Origin: Smithella sp.
Lineage (GTDB): Bacteria > Desulfobacterota > Syntrophia > Syntrophales > Smithellaceae
DNA: 64,000 nucleotides
Direction: 5' to 3'
Assembly: GCA_035524255.1 (NCBI GenBank)
Contig: DATKPG010000007.1
Coordinates: 3,270-67,269 of the forward strand
The position numbers and the translations under genes were made by a program. Positions 1 to 9,692 of this stretch are shown here, piece after piece (positions within the stretch are counted from its first letter, which is position 1; each line of letters opens with the position of its first letter). The notes beneath the pieces are model-generated. The model ran no database searches, was not told where the DNA came from, and saw only the letters and a program-made list of their open reading frames with translations.

Positions 1-21
1 TGATTTTTAAACCGGATGGAT

Positions 22-55
22 AAAAAAAGGTAAGCCGTCCGGAGGACGGCTTACC
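22..55 (-). terminator. Rho-independent terminator for the Big_1 adhesin gene
   Basis: Perfect 12-bp stem GGTAAGCCGTCC/GGACGGCTTACC (29-40/44-55) with a 3-nt loop. On the minus strand it is followed by T7 (plus-strand A-run 22-28). It lies 26 nt past the stop at 82-84. Confidence 0.8.
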
Positions 56-81
56 TGAAGTTACATTGTCTGGCAGATTTC

Positions 82-2871
82 TTATGGCGCTGTCACGGTG
101 ATGTTGACACTGTCTCCCATATGCACACCATTGTAGGTGGCCGTAGCGCTGACAGAATCCGAGGTCGATCCGGTGGTTCCCGCCTGATAAACCGCGGTGG
201 CCACTCCATTGCCTTGAGTCCTGCCCAAGTTAATGGGGGTTACAGGTGGTGCTCCGCTGTTATTTACTGTTAGCGCAAATGTTACAGTCACGCCTTCTAT
301 AATTCCGCCATTTCCATCATTAACAGTTGCTGATAGGGTGCTTGTCCCACTCGGTGCCACAGAAGTTGGATTAGCCACTAAAGTCAGGTAGGGGAACGTT
401 CCTTCCCAGTAAACGATACTGGCGGCGTCACCGCCATTGGTTGTTCCTCCAATCTGCGCTCTGACAAGCGTGTCACTCTGGCCGACACCCGGCCTTTGAA
501 AGTCAACGTAAGCCTGGCCGTTATTGTCGGTATTAACGACCAGAGGAGTATCTCCGGAAAATGCAACGTCATCATTGGCGCCTACGATACTCCCTTCTCC
601 GGCAATAATGGAGAAGTTCACGGGTACGCCCGCAACCGGTGTTGATAAATCATCTGTTGTCACCGTTGCCAGCATTGTAACATATTTATCGGGTGCCTTG
701 ACGGGATTAGCCGCCGTGGTTGACGGCGTTTGGGTAAAGGATATGATTCTGTTTCCCGTGCCCGCCTGGGGCAGAACAGAAATGATCGCCGCGTCCGCCG
801 CGCCGCTGGTCAGAGACGCCTGAACAGCGTCCTCAAGACTGACGGAAGTATTAAACGTTCCGGCTATGTAAACTGCCACGGCCTCGCCGGTGGCGTCTGT
901 TGTTGTATTAACATCGCTTATGGATGCTCCGCTGTTATTGGTTACTAATGAGAAGGTTACGGTTTGACCGGATACTTTATTCCCGTTTTGATCGACAACC
1001 GAAGCGATAAGAACGCTCATGGCTCCGGCAGGCAGAGAAACCGGCGTTGGCGTGAGCGTTATATTATAGCCGGAAACGGTGCTGCCTGACGTTCTGGTAA
1101 TGACAGCAGCGGCCGCGGTGCTGTATGTGCCGTCGGTGGCAGTCGCGCTGACGGTATCCTGCACGGTGGACGTAAGCGAACCCGTTCCTGCCGTATATTG
1201 CGCAACAGCTCTTCCGGCCGCGTCGGTTGTCGCGGTAACTGTTGTTCCGGTAACGATTGTTCCGGTAACGGTTGAAAGGATCGCGGTGCTGTTATTGGCC
1301 ACTAAAGTGAAGGTTACCGTCAATCCGCTGACGGGATTGCCCGAACCGTTCGTTACTTCCGCTGTAAGGATGCTTTGACCTCCCGCCGCCAGAGAAGACA
1401 CGCTGGGTGTTAAGGTCATCTTATATCCTGACGCCACAGTCGTCGAACTGGACCCTGTTCTGGTAATGACGGCAACTCCCGTGGAGCTGTAAGAACCGCT
1501 TGTGACAGAGGCCTGTATGGTATCCTGAACGTCCGCGGAGGGGTTTGTCGACCCCGCTGTGTAAACGGCGACGGCATTGCCGCTGGCATCGGTGATGCCG
1601 CTGTTGAGAGTTTGCAGACCCATGGTGCTGTTATCGATGAGTTTTGTGAATGTGACTGTCAATCCCTGAATCGGATTGTCCGAGGCGTCGGTCACCGTTG
1701 CTTTTACGATACTGATCTGCCCTTGATTCAGGGAGGTCGGGACCGCGTTTAAAGTCAAATTTATTCCACTGGAGGCTGTTCCCGTTACGGAGATGACCAC
1801 AGCTCCCGCGGCGCTGTACGAACCACTGGTGACAGAAGCCTGTATGGTATCCTGCACATTGCCGGATGCGCCCGTTCCCGCCGTGTAAACAGCTATGGCA
1901 TTGCCGCTGGCATCCGTTGTTCCGCTGTTGAGAGTTTGCAGAACCATGGTGCTGTTATCGATTAGTTTTGAGAATACGACGGTCAATCCCTGAGCGGGAT
2001 TGCCCGACCCATCCGTGACATTTGCCGTGATAATGCTGGTCTGACCCGCGCTCAGGGATGAAGCGGCTGACGTCACGGTCATCTTGTATCCTGATGCCAC
2101 GGTGGACGAATTTGTCGTTCCCGCTCTTGAGATAATAACAACTCCATAAGAAGAGCCGCCGGATATTTGCGCTTCGATCGTATCCTGAACATAAGTAGTC
2201 GGGTTTGTTGATCCCGCCGTGTAAACCGCTATGGCTTTGCCGCTGCCATCGGTGGTTCCGCTGTTGAGAGTTTGCAGAACCATGGTGCTGTTGTCTATAA
2301 GTTTTGTGAAGGTTACGGTCTGCCCCTGGACGGGATTGCCCAGGTTGTTCGTTACGGTTGCCGTGATGATACTGCTTTGCCCCGCGCCCAGAGAGGTGAT
2401 GCTCGCGGACATGGTAAGCGTATTGGATGTGGTGGCTATTCTGGTAATGATCAGGGCTGACGATGATGCCCCTGTGCAGGTTGCCTGGACAGTGTCTTCG
2501 AGGCTCAAAGATGTCGTGGTTGAACCGGCTGTGTAAATCGCTACGGCCTGACCGTTGGCATCGGTGATTCCGCCGTTGAGCGTGACCAGGGCGGGTGCGC
2601 CGCTATTGTTAGTCACAAACGAGAAACTTACAGTCTGACCGCTGACGGCAACGCCCGTACTATTGGTGACTTTAGCCGTAAGGATACTGCTTTGCCCTGC
2701 TGCAAGCGATGTTGGCGATCCTGAAAATGAAGAGATGGTAATACTGCTGGTTGACGGAGTGGGAGTTCCGGTACTACCGCTATTACCGCAGGCGATCAGA
2801 CAACAAAGCAGTGTAAGAGAAATCAACAGACTGAACAATCTAAATAATTTTACGTTCATTGATTTTATCAT
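82..2871 (-). CDS. Surface lipoprotein built of about nine tandem bacterial Ig-like (Big_1, invasin/intimin-type) repeats; putative adhesin
   Basis: 929-aa ORF with signal peptide and lipobox (LIAC|GNSG). Units of ~95 aa repeat the pattern 'L.AGQ.SI.TA.VT...G.P..GQTVTF...N.S....L..G.TD..G.A.A.YTAG....QDT.QA'. Three central units are nearly identical ('KLIDNSTM.LQTLNSG.TD.SG.A.AVYTAG'). Confidence 0.85.
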   Translation of the reverse strand: MIKSMNVKLFRLFSLLISLTLLCCLIACGNSGSTGTPTPSTSSITISSFSGSPTSLAAGQSSILTAKVTNSTGVAVSGQTVSFSFVTNNSGAPALVTLNGGITDANGQAVAIYTAGSTTTSLSLEDTVQATCTGASSSALIITRIATTSNTLTMSASITSLGAGQSSIITATVTNNLGNPVQGQTVTFTKLIDNSTMVLQTLNSGTTDGSGKAIAVYTAGSTNPTTYVQDTIEAQISGGSSYGVVIISRAGTTNSSTVASGYKMTVTSAASSLSAGQTSIITANVTDGSGNPAQGLTVVFSKLIDNSTMVLQTLNSGTTDASGNAIAVYTAGTGASGNVQDTIQASVTSGSYSAAGAVVISVTGTASSGINLTLNAVPTSLNQGQISIVKATVTDASDNPIQGLTVTFTKLIDNSTMGLQTLNSGITDASGNAVAVYTAGSTNPSADVQDTIQASVTSGSYSSTGVAVITRTGSSSTTVASGYKMTLTPSVSSLAAGGQSILTAEVTNGSGNPVSGLTVTFTLVANNSTAILSTVTGTIVTGTTVTATTDAAGRAVAQYTAGTGSLTSTVQDTVSATATDGTYSTAAAAVITRTSGSTVSGYNITLTPTPVSLPAGAMSVLIASVVDQNGNKVSGQTVTFSLVTNNSGASISDVNTTTDATGEAVAVYIAGTFNTSVSLEDAVQASLTSGAADAAIISVLPQAGTGNRIISFTQTPSTTAANPVKAPDKYVTMLATVTTDDLSTPVAGVPVNFSIIAGEGSIVGANDDVAFSGDTPLVVNTDNNGQAYVDFQRPGVGQSDTLVRAQIGGTTNGGDAASIVYWEGTFPYLTLVANPTSVAPSGTSTLSATVNDGNGGIIEGVTVTFALTVNNSGAPPVTPINLGRTQGNGVATAVYQAGTTGSTSDSVSATATYNGVHMGDSVNITVTAP

Positions 2872-3364
2872 ATTGCTCTCCTCGTAAGAGTACAGATGAT
2901 ATTTTTTACATTTAAGTTAATTTTCTCCGGGGCATTTCATTCCTTATCATGTTAACAAAAAATTTAATTTTCCCTGTTGTTGCTTACATATTTAAGGAAC
3001 AAATCCCTGGATGTTGTGGCCACGGAGTGTTTCTTTATAATCTTTATCTAAATTTGCGAGTGCAGATGGTATTTGCAATATTGTTTATGATTACCAGATA
3101 CGATAATGATTTTCAACCTTTTTTTACGTTGTCTTTCTTTCAGACAAATTCCTGCCCGGCATTTAAATAACGGTCATGCCGGCCGGGGCATTAAAATTTT
3201 CATGTTTGTCATGCTCAACGAACAGGTAAATATAAACGAAAGAATTCACGGATACGGCGTCCCGGGGGCATTTTACGTTTTTTGCCTGCGATAAGCAATA
3301 AAACATTCCGGAAGCGCCATTAAAAATGATGTTAAAAATATGAAGGCCTGCGCGATTAGCGCGA

Positions 3365-4855
3365 TCAGATAATCTCTCTGAATATTTTCCAGTCGTCGCC
3401 TGTTTTTCTTAATTCGAGTATCTTCCTGCCCTTGCTTCTGAGTCTTGAGGAACTGTAATGCTGAATAAATACCGCCTTCGCGATGTTTTCATCCGCGGAT
3501 ATCTGCAGATTATCAATGTGAATACTTATATTTTTATCGTTTTGATGGACATCGGATTTATGAGATATCCAGGCGTCCAAATTCATGTCTCTCGATTGAA
3601 AGTCTGCCGCGTAACAATCGCGGTAGGTTTTCATATCGCCTGATTCCCAACTGGTCAGCCATTTGGTTATCAAATCCCGTATGTCTTTCGAGGCGGAGGT
3701 CTTTGTTCCGCTTTGAACGCTCTCGGCCGCGGCAAGGTTCTTGCCGGTGACACGCGGCGGTGTCGCGTCATCCACGACATACCATTTGTTGTTGGCCCGC
3801 TCCAAAATCAGTTTATTGTAAAATCCCTGAAAATTATTGTCGCTGACCGCAAAGATTTGATCAAAAATAATAACGGCATTATTTTCTTCCTGTAAAATGG
3901 ATATATCCCGCGGCTGTAAATCAAAATGATTGTTGATGAATTTCATCTGTCTGATTTTATTGTAGAGCTCTTCGCGTCTCTTGCCCTTGATTTCCGAGCC
4001 TTGCCTGTACAGGGAATCAATCTTTTTAAAATCCTTTTCGGTAAAAGCCCTGTTCCAGGACAGCAAAATTTTTTCTAAATCATTTTTTGAGGGAAGAACA
4101 TAATTTTGGGGAACCCATTTTATGGACTCGGAAATAACGACCGGCGTTCTGTTTAAATAGATAAAATTGGCAAGCCGCTTCAGATCGCTGTCGTGCAAAA
4201 CGACACATCCGCTTGAATGTTTGGGCAACAGCTGCTTTGTCGTGCCGTGAATCCAGATGTTATTGCCGTACCGTCCCGCTCTTTTGTCGGAGAGTGTCGG
4301 ATAATCCAGAGGAAAAGCCATGGAGCCGTAAATTTCGGGCGGACCGGGGTTGTGCAGAATTTTTGTCGTAAAGAAAATGCCATTGGGAGTTTTCGCGTCT
4401 CCGGCAACCCGCTTGGAACCGGAATTTTTTCCGGTGGAACAGGGAACCTCGAATACTTTGGAAAAGGTTTCATCTTTATGAAAAACGTACAGCTTTTGAT
4501 ATTTCTTGTCCACGACGATAATGTAACCGGAAGACAGGTCAACTATCGAATCCGGTATTTTTCTGGCGCCGGAAGAAACCGCCGGATTCACTGTTTTGGG
4601 GGATTGCAGTGAGGCTGCCGGATCGGTTATTTCCGCGGAATCGCCTGCGGGTGCCGTATCCGGTGTTTTCTCGGAATAGGGGGAAATTGCCGTATCGGAA
4701 ATATTTTCGTTTTCGGGGGAAACCATTGATAAAGCGCAAAGCGGATAACAGAAAAATATAAATGATAATAAAATGATACAGCAAGCAGTAATTTTTATTT
4801 TGATCGTCATGACTATTACGAACCTCAGAAATCTTAATGAAAAAGTAAAGCTCAC
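3365..4855 (-). CDS. L,D-transpeptidase (YkuD domain) with two C-terminal NTF2/SnoaL-like modules
   Basis: 496-aa ORF with catalytic signature 'NIWIHGT...HSSGCVVL' (His ... Ser-x-Gly-Cys) and a hydrophobic N-terminus. The C-terminal halves read 'LLSWNRAFTEKDFKKIDSLY' and 'WLTSWESGDMKTYRDCYAADF', typical of NTF2-like folds. GTG start at 4855; an alternative ATG at 4810 gives MTIKIKITACC... Confidence 0.8.
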   Translation of the reverse strand: MSFTFSLRFLRFVIVMTIKIKITACCIILLSFIFFCYPLCALSMVSPENENISDTAISPYSEKTPDTAPAGDSAEITDPAASLQSPKTVNPAVSSGARKIPDSIVDLSSGYIIVVDKKYQKLYVFHKDETFSKVFEVPCSTGKNSGSKRVAGDAKTPNGIFFTTKILHNPGPPEIYGSMAFPLDYPTLSDKRAGRYGNNIWIHGTTKQLLPKHSSGCVVLHDSDLKRLANFIYLNRTPVVISESIKWVPQNYVLPSKNDLEKILLSWNRAFTEKDFKKIDSLYRQGSEIKGKRREELYNKIRQMKFINNHFDLQPRDISILQEENNAVIIFDQIFAVSDNNFQGFYNKLILERANNKWYVVDDATPPRVTGKNLAAAESVQSGTKTSASKDIRDLITKWLTSWESGDMKTYRDCYAADFQSRDMNLDAWISHKSDVHQNDKNISIHIDNLQISADENIAKAVFIQHYSSSRLRSKGRKILELRKTGDDWKIFREII

Positions 4856-5130
4856 ATAGCAAAAACTTAAATATCATTCAAGCACTTTAATCGAAAAATC
4901 CACAAGTCCTTTAAACGATAGACTCTAAAAATTATTTTAAAAAAAATAAAAAAATGATTTACAAATGGGTAAATAGCTATTATAAAAAATAGCCAGATAC
5001 AACCTCCAAAGGCCATCATAAAAAAAATTGTTGCAATAAGTCAAAAACATTGATAAATTTACCATTAGTTTTCTTGTCCAACCCAAAAAATGACGTAAAA
5101 GATACTTAAAAAAACACGAAGGGGAGTGTC

Positions 5131-6960
5131 TTGTCAGATTTGAAGAATGATATAAATTCAACCGAGAAACTTCTTAACGTCATACGCGGTAAGAATGAAG
5201 AATCTTTTGCCGCGCCTCGCGAACCGGAAGTTTCAGTGTCCGCAAACAAGCGGGCAACAAACATCAAGGTCGTCTCGCCCAAACGTTTTTTCGATAAAAA
5301 AAATTATACCGTGGGCGTTGATGTCAGCAGGGAATTTATTTGTCTGGTTAAGACATCTGATAATTCCGACGGCCCCCCGGTCCTGGTCGACAAAAAAATT
5401 ATCAAATACGGCTCCAAAATATCCGGCGATTCTCCTGAATTCAGCGCATTTTTAAAATCTTCCATTATTTCCTTTTGCGGTCAAATGGCCAATTGCGACA
5501 TCTGGACCAAGATATCAACGAGCGAGGTTAATGTCCATTTCCTGAAAGTTCCCCGGGTGCCGAAAAATAAACTGGATAATGTTGTTTACTGGACGGCGAA
5601 AAAAGAAGGGTTTATTGATGAAGAAAAATTAATTTTTGATTATGAACTGCAGAGCGAAATTGTTGAACAGGGAAATTCTAAATATTCCATCATGGCTTAC
5701 ACGGCGCCTAAATCGGAAATTGAAAGAATAAAATCCCTGTTTTTCGACATGGGCATAACGCTTGCCGGAATTACAACCGTTCCTTTTGCCATTCAGAATA
5801 TTTTCAGGTCAAAATGGATGCCGGTGACGGAAGAAATTTTTGCCAGTCTGTTTATCGGCAATAATTTTTCCCGGATTGATGTTTACGATAAAGACAATCT
5901 GGTAATGAGCCGGGGCATCAAAACGGGCAGCGGCAGCAGCATGGCGGAAGCCATTATCGCGTCTGTTTCGGAGAAAACAGGCAATATCAGGCTGACGTAT
6001 AATGAAGCCATGAAAATTCTTTTAAGTCTTAGTCCTGATTCGGAAAAGTTAACGAGTAAAGATGCCGGTTACGATTTAACAAAAGCGGAAATTCTGGAAA
6101 TGATTTCACCCGTATGGGAAAGACTGGCCCGTCAGGTGGACTTAACTTTAAAAACATCTTCCATCGGATACCAGAAGGTTGAAAAGATATATATCAGAAG
6201 TTCGGTGAATGTCGATAATTCCATTCTGGCATACATGAGTGATCAATTAGGAACTAAAACCGAATTTTTTGATCCCTTTAAACAGCAGTCATCCTATCGG
6301 TCCATGGAATCTTTAAGCGTTCAGGAAGCAGTGCTGCTGTCTCCCGCTTTGGGTTTTTCGCTGTCGAACAACAGTGACACGCCGAATGTTATTTTTACTT
6401 ATGTCGAAAAAAATAGAGAGATCCGGACGAAACGGATCGATAGAACGGTTTTTATGTCCTTCCTTGCGGCTTTAGTCATTTGCCTCTTGACGTTAATATA
6501 TCAGGTTTCGGAATTGAAAATTATTAAAGATAAGCGGGTAAAACTGGAAAATGAATTATCGCTCTTTAGTCCGTTATTATCCATGGAATCCGTAAATAAT
6601 ACGGCTGACAGGGCAAGGATACAGAAAATCATTATCCATCAATACGCGCAGAAGTACCTGGGTCTTGCGGCCATGGGGGAAGTTTCCGATCTTACGCCGT
6701 CCAATGTGCGCCTGCTCAGTTTTAAAATGACAGCGGGAAGCGCTGCTTCGAAAAACGAACCCGCGGGCGACGGTATCGCGATAGAGGGAATTATTTTTGA
6801 CAGCAAGGACAAGCTTGATTCGGATTTGTCGCAATATGTGATCAAGCTGGAAAATTCACCCATGTTTAAGCAGGTGTCGGTACAGAAAAACAGCATTATT
6901 ACTTTCAAAAAAGATGAAGTTCTTAATTTTATTTTAAGCGCTAAAACGGGTAAATCGTAA
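5131..6960 (+). CDS. Type IV pilus assembly protein, PilM (actin-like ATPase fold) fused to a PilN-like TM/periplasmic segment (MshI-like)
   Basis: 609 aa. 'YTVGVDVSREFICLVK' and 'VNVHFLKVPRVPKNKLDNVVYWTAKKE' are PilM-like. A single TM (VFMSFLAALVICLLTLIYQV) is followed by a coiled-coil/PilN-like tail. TTG start preceded by GAAGGGGA; first gene of a co-oriented pilus operon. Confidence 0.75.
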   Translation: MSDLKNDINSTEKLLNVIRGKNEESFAAPREPEVSVSANKRATNIKVVSPKRFFDKKNYTVGVDVSREFICLVKTSDNSDGPPVLVDKKIIKYGSKISGDSPEFSAFLKSSIISFCGQMANCDIWTKISTSEVNVHFLKVPRVPKNKLDNVVYWTAKKEGFIDEEKLIFDYELQSEIVEQGNSKYSIMAYTAPKSEIERIKSLFFDMGITLAGITTVPFAIQNIFRSKWMPVTEEIFASLFIGNNFSRIDVYDKDNLVMSRGIKTGSGSSMAEAIIASVSEKTGNIRLTYNEAMKILLSLSPDSEKLTSKDAGYDLTKAEILEMISPVWERLARQVDLTLKTSSIGYQKVEKIYIRSSVNVDNSILAYMSDQLGTKTEFFDPFKQQSSYRSMESLSVQEAVLLSPALGFSLSNNSDTPNVIFTYVEKNREIRTKRIDRTVFMSFLAALVICLLTLIYQVSELKIIKDKRVKLENELSLFSPLLSMESVNNTADRARIQKIIIHQYAQKYLGLAAMGEVSDLTPSNVRLLSFKMTAGSAASKNEPAGDGIAIEGIIFDSKDKLDSDLSQYVIKLENSPMFKQVSVQKNSIITFKKDEVLNFILSAKTGKS

Positions 6961-7493
6961 TGAATAAAAATAATGCCAGTGTAAATCAGAATAGTATCTT
7001 GCGTTTACTAATTTACGGCGGGATAATTTTGATTGTTATATTGGTCGGGATACTTCCTTTATATCTGAAAATTGCGAGTAACATTAAGGAAAATGAAAAA
7101 TTAACCTATCAAATTAAAGAACAAAATGAATTGAGACCTGTTTATGTATCCTTATTAACCGCGATGAAGGATAAGGATTTGCTTGTCCTGCCCAATCCCG
7201 AGAAAAAGCCCCTGCCCCGGCTGGACGCCGGAAAATTCCGGGATGATTTCCGCGCGGTGGCGAAGAAATCCGGGGTAACGATCGTTTCCTTTGTGCCGGA
7301 TACAAGCACATCGGCGGGTTCTTCAACCTCCCTTTTGCACGATATAGTGCTCAGGGGGGAATTTTCTGATTTTCGAAAAATGTTAATCGGACTGGGAGCC
7401 GTTCCTTATGTGGACAGGATTGAGGAAATTAGCTGTCTGCAGGGCAATTCTGCCATGGAATTTAAAATGAAAGTATGGATAGCGCTTAAGTAG
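6960..7493 (+). CDS. PilO-like pilus assembly protein (MshJ-like)
   Basis: 177 aa with an N-terminal TM (LLIYGGIILIVILVGILPLYL), a coiled-coil segment and an alpha/beta C-terminus. The start overlaps the upstream stop (TAATG). Position between PilM/N and the secretin. Confidence 0.6.
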   Translation: MNKNNASVNQNSILRLLIYGGIILIVILVGILPLYLKIASNIKENEKLTYQIKEQNELRPVYVSLLTAMKDKDLLVLPNPEKKPLPRLDAGKFRDDFRAVAKKSGVTIVSFVPDTSTSAGSSTSLLHDIVLRGEFSDFRKMLIGLGAVPYVDRIEEISCLQGNSAMEFKMKVWIALK

Positions 7494-7510
7494 TCAATCA
7501 AAAGGTATTT

Positions 7511-7999
7511 ATGGCCAGGTTAAAAACAAGGGAAATTGTCATTATAGTCATTGCCGTCTTATTTGTTTTGTACGCGGGCGTTGATTACTTCATTATTGGA
7601 CCGGCAAGTCATAAAAAAGTTAAATCCGGCGCCGAGGCCGTGAAAATCGAAACATTTACGAGCGGAATAACCGGTGATTTAAATAAAAATAAATTATCCG
7701 ATTTTGACAGATATGTTGTGAAGCGGGCGGGCATTGACATCGGGAACAATCCTTTTTTGAAAAGGGATGTGTATAGAGCCTGGGCGGCAAGAGATAATAA
7801 AGGCATTACGTCTAAATTCATTTATTCCGGCTTTGTGGAATCAGGAAAAAATAGAATGGCTGTGCTTAACGGCCTGGAATATAGAGCAGGGGAGCAATTG
7901 GTAGAGGAAGGCTATACCTTAAAACAGATTACGCCTTCGAAAGTTTTGATTTTTGATAAACGTACGGGAAATAGCTTCGAGGTTCCCATACAAGAATAA
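7511..7999 (+). CDS. PilP/GspC-like small pilus assembly protein (MshK-like)
   Basis: 162 aa with an N-terminal TM. The C-terminal 'MAVLNGLEYRAGEQLVEEGYTLKQITPSKVLIFD' matches the PilP/GspC homology-region pattern. Lies immediately upstream of the secretin. Confidence 0.55.
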   Translation: MARLKTREIVIIVIAVLFVLYAGVDYFIIGPASHKKVKSGAEAVKIETFTSGITGDLNKNKLSDFDRYVVKRAGIDIGNNPFLKRDVYRAWAARDNKGITSKFIYSGFVESGKNRMAVLNGLEYRAGEQLVEEGYTLKQITPSKVLIFDKRTGNSFEVPIQE

Positions 8000-8001
8000 A
8001 A

Positions 8002-9618
8002 TTGCAATTGGAGGTTGTCGATTTGAAATACTCTAAAAATATCTTAATGGCAGGCCTAAGTCTTTTAGTGCTGATATTTTTCTGCGGTTGTGCCGATGAA
8101 TTCAAGATGGAGAAAAAAGATCCTTTTTTTGAAAAATGGGGCACTCTTTCCGAGAATTCCGAGGGGCACTCTCCTAAATCCAGAGAAATTAATGAATCAG
8201 CAGTTTTAGCCAAGAAGCAGGTGACATCTTCTGAAGCGTCCGTGAAAAAATTGCCTACCGGGCCGATCAATTTAACCATGCGTCAGGCGGATCTCAAAGC
8301 GGTATTGAGAGCGATGGCCAAGTCGGTTGGTTTGAATCTCCTGGTGAAAAACGAACTCAAGGGCGAGATCAGCGTGGATTTCAAGGGCGTTCCCTGGGAT
8401 AAGGCATTTACCGGATTGTTGAGCACCTATGGTTTGTCTTATGTCTGGGAAGGCAATATCCTCAGGGTCATGACGATTGATGACGCGGAACAGGATTTGA
8501 AACGAAAGGTGCAATTGCGGGATATTCAGTGGGTTGAACCGCTTCTGGAGCCCGTGGTGATAGGCATTGATTACACCGATCCCAGGAAACTGGCGGACAC
8601 GCTTCAGGATTTTATAACGAAAGATAAGGATGGAAAACCCCGCGGTTCGGTCAAAGTTGACGAACACAGCAATTCACTGGTTATTTCCGCCCTGCATGAT
8701 GATTTGAAGAAAATGCTGCCGATTATTGAAAAGCTGGATAAACCTACACCTCAGATTCTCATTAAGGCCAATATCGTGGAAACCACAAAAACCGTGGCCA
8801 GAGATTTGGGCATTATGTGGGGAGGATACAATAAAGGGACGAATGTTTCCGGCAACAACGATCTTATTTTCTCAGGCGGCGGAACCACATCACCCACCGT
8901 AACGGGTGTTACTCCAACGGCAAATGGTCCTTTGGGTATAGGTGGCCAGGGTTTTGGTGTGAATATGCAGGCTAATAATCTGACATCCACGGCTGCTTCT
9001 TCTTTAGCTGTAATATTCGGGAAGGTTAGCGGAAACTTTTTAGAAGTGCAACTGCAAGCCCTGGAGAGTGATTCCAAGCTGAATATTCTTTCCAGTCCGT
9101 CCATTACAACTTTGGACAACCAGAAAGCCTTTACGGAAAACGGCGAAAGAGTTCCCTATGTAACCATTCAGTCTACCAGCGCCACTACCAGCGCTACGCC
9201 GACGTATACGACCAACTTTGTCGATGTCGTCATGCGTTTGGAGATTACGCCGCATGTCATTGACGGTAAACATTTAAAAATGACAATTTTTGTGCAAAAA
9301 GATGACATCGATCTGACGAGGAAAGATTTATTGGGAGATCCTTATATTATCAAGAAGCAAACGCAGACGGTGTTAATTGTTAAAGACGGAGAAACCATTG
9401 TTATTTCCGGTTTAACGAAACAAACCAAGTCCGCCTCGGGAAACGGCGTGCCGTGGTTACAAGATATTCCCGTTTTGGGTTGGGCTTTTAAATCGGATAG
9501 CAAGAGCGATGAAAAGGATGAAGTACTTATATTTATTACGCCTCACATACTGCCGGCGATCAGTAATAACCAGTCTTCATCAGACACTGGAAAATATAGT
9601 CTAAGTGAACAAAATTGA
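8002..9618 (+). CDS. Type IV pilus / T2SS-family secretin (PilQ/MshL-like), probable lipoprotein
   Basis: 538 aa with canonical secretin C-terminus 'VPWLQDIPVLGWAFKSDSKSDEKDEVLIFITPHIL' and N-terminal 'LLVLIFFCGC|ADE'. The likely true start is TTG at 8023 (GGAGG at 8010-8014), giving MKYSKNILMAGL... Confidence 0.9.
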   Translation: MQLEVVDLKYSKNILMAGLSLLVLIFFCGCADEFKMEKKDPFFEKWGTLSENSEGHSPKSREINESAVLAKKQVTSSEASVKKLPTGPINLTMRQADLKAVLRAMAKSVGLNLLVKNELKGEISVDFKGVPWDKAFTGLLSTYGLSYVWEGNILRVMTIDDAEQDLKRKVQLRDIQWVEPLLEPVVIGIDYTDPRKLADTLQDFITKDKDGKPRGSVKVDEHSNSLVISALHDDLKKMLPIIEKLDKPTPQILIKANIVETTKTVARDLGIMWGGYNKGTNVSGNNDLIFSGGGTTSPTVTGVTPTANGPLGIGGQGFGVNMQANNLTSTAASSLAVIFGKVSGNFLEVQLQALESDSKLNILSSPSITTLDNQKAFTENGERVPYVTIQSTSATTSATPTYTTNFVDVVMRLEITPHVIDGKHLKMTIFVQKDDIDLTRKDLLGDPYIIKKQTQTVLIVKDGETIVISGLTKQTKSASGNGVPWLQDIPVLGWAFKSDSKSDEKDEVLIFITPHILPAISNNQSSSDTGKYSLSEQN

Positions 9619-9692
9619 AAAAAACCGGAATAAAAAAATAGAGTTGGACTTTGAGCAATAGCGGATGTTAAAAAGCAAGATGGCGTTTAAAA

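Noticed and set aside
384-2887. Multiple 60-100-aa ORFs on both strands inside the Big_1 adhesin gene (e.g. 524-823, 1079-1378, 2231-2536)
   Set aside because: They lie wholly within and mostly antisense to a 929-aa ORF with clear domain periodicity. Their sequences are low-complexity Val/Ala/Pro strings typical of shadow ORFs.
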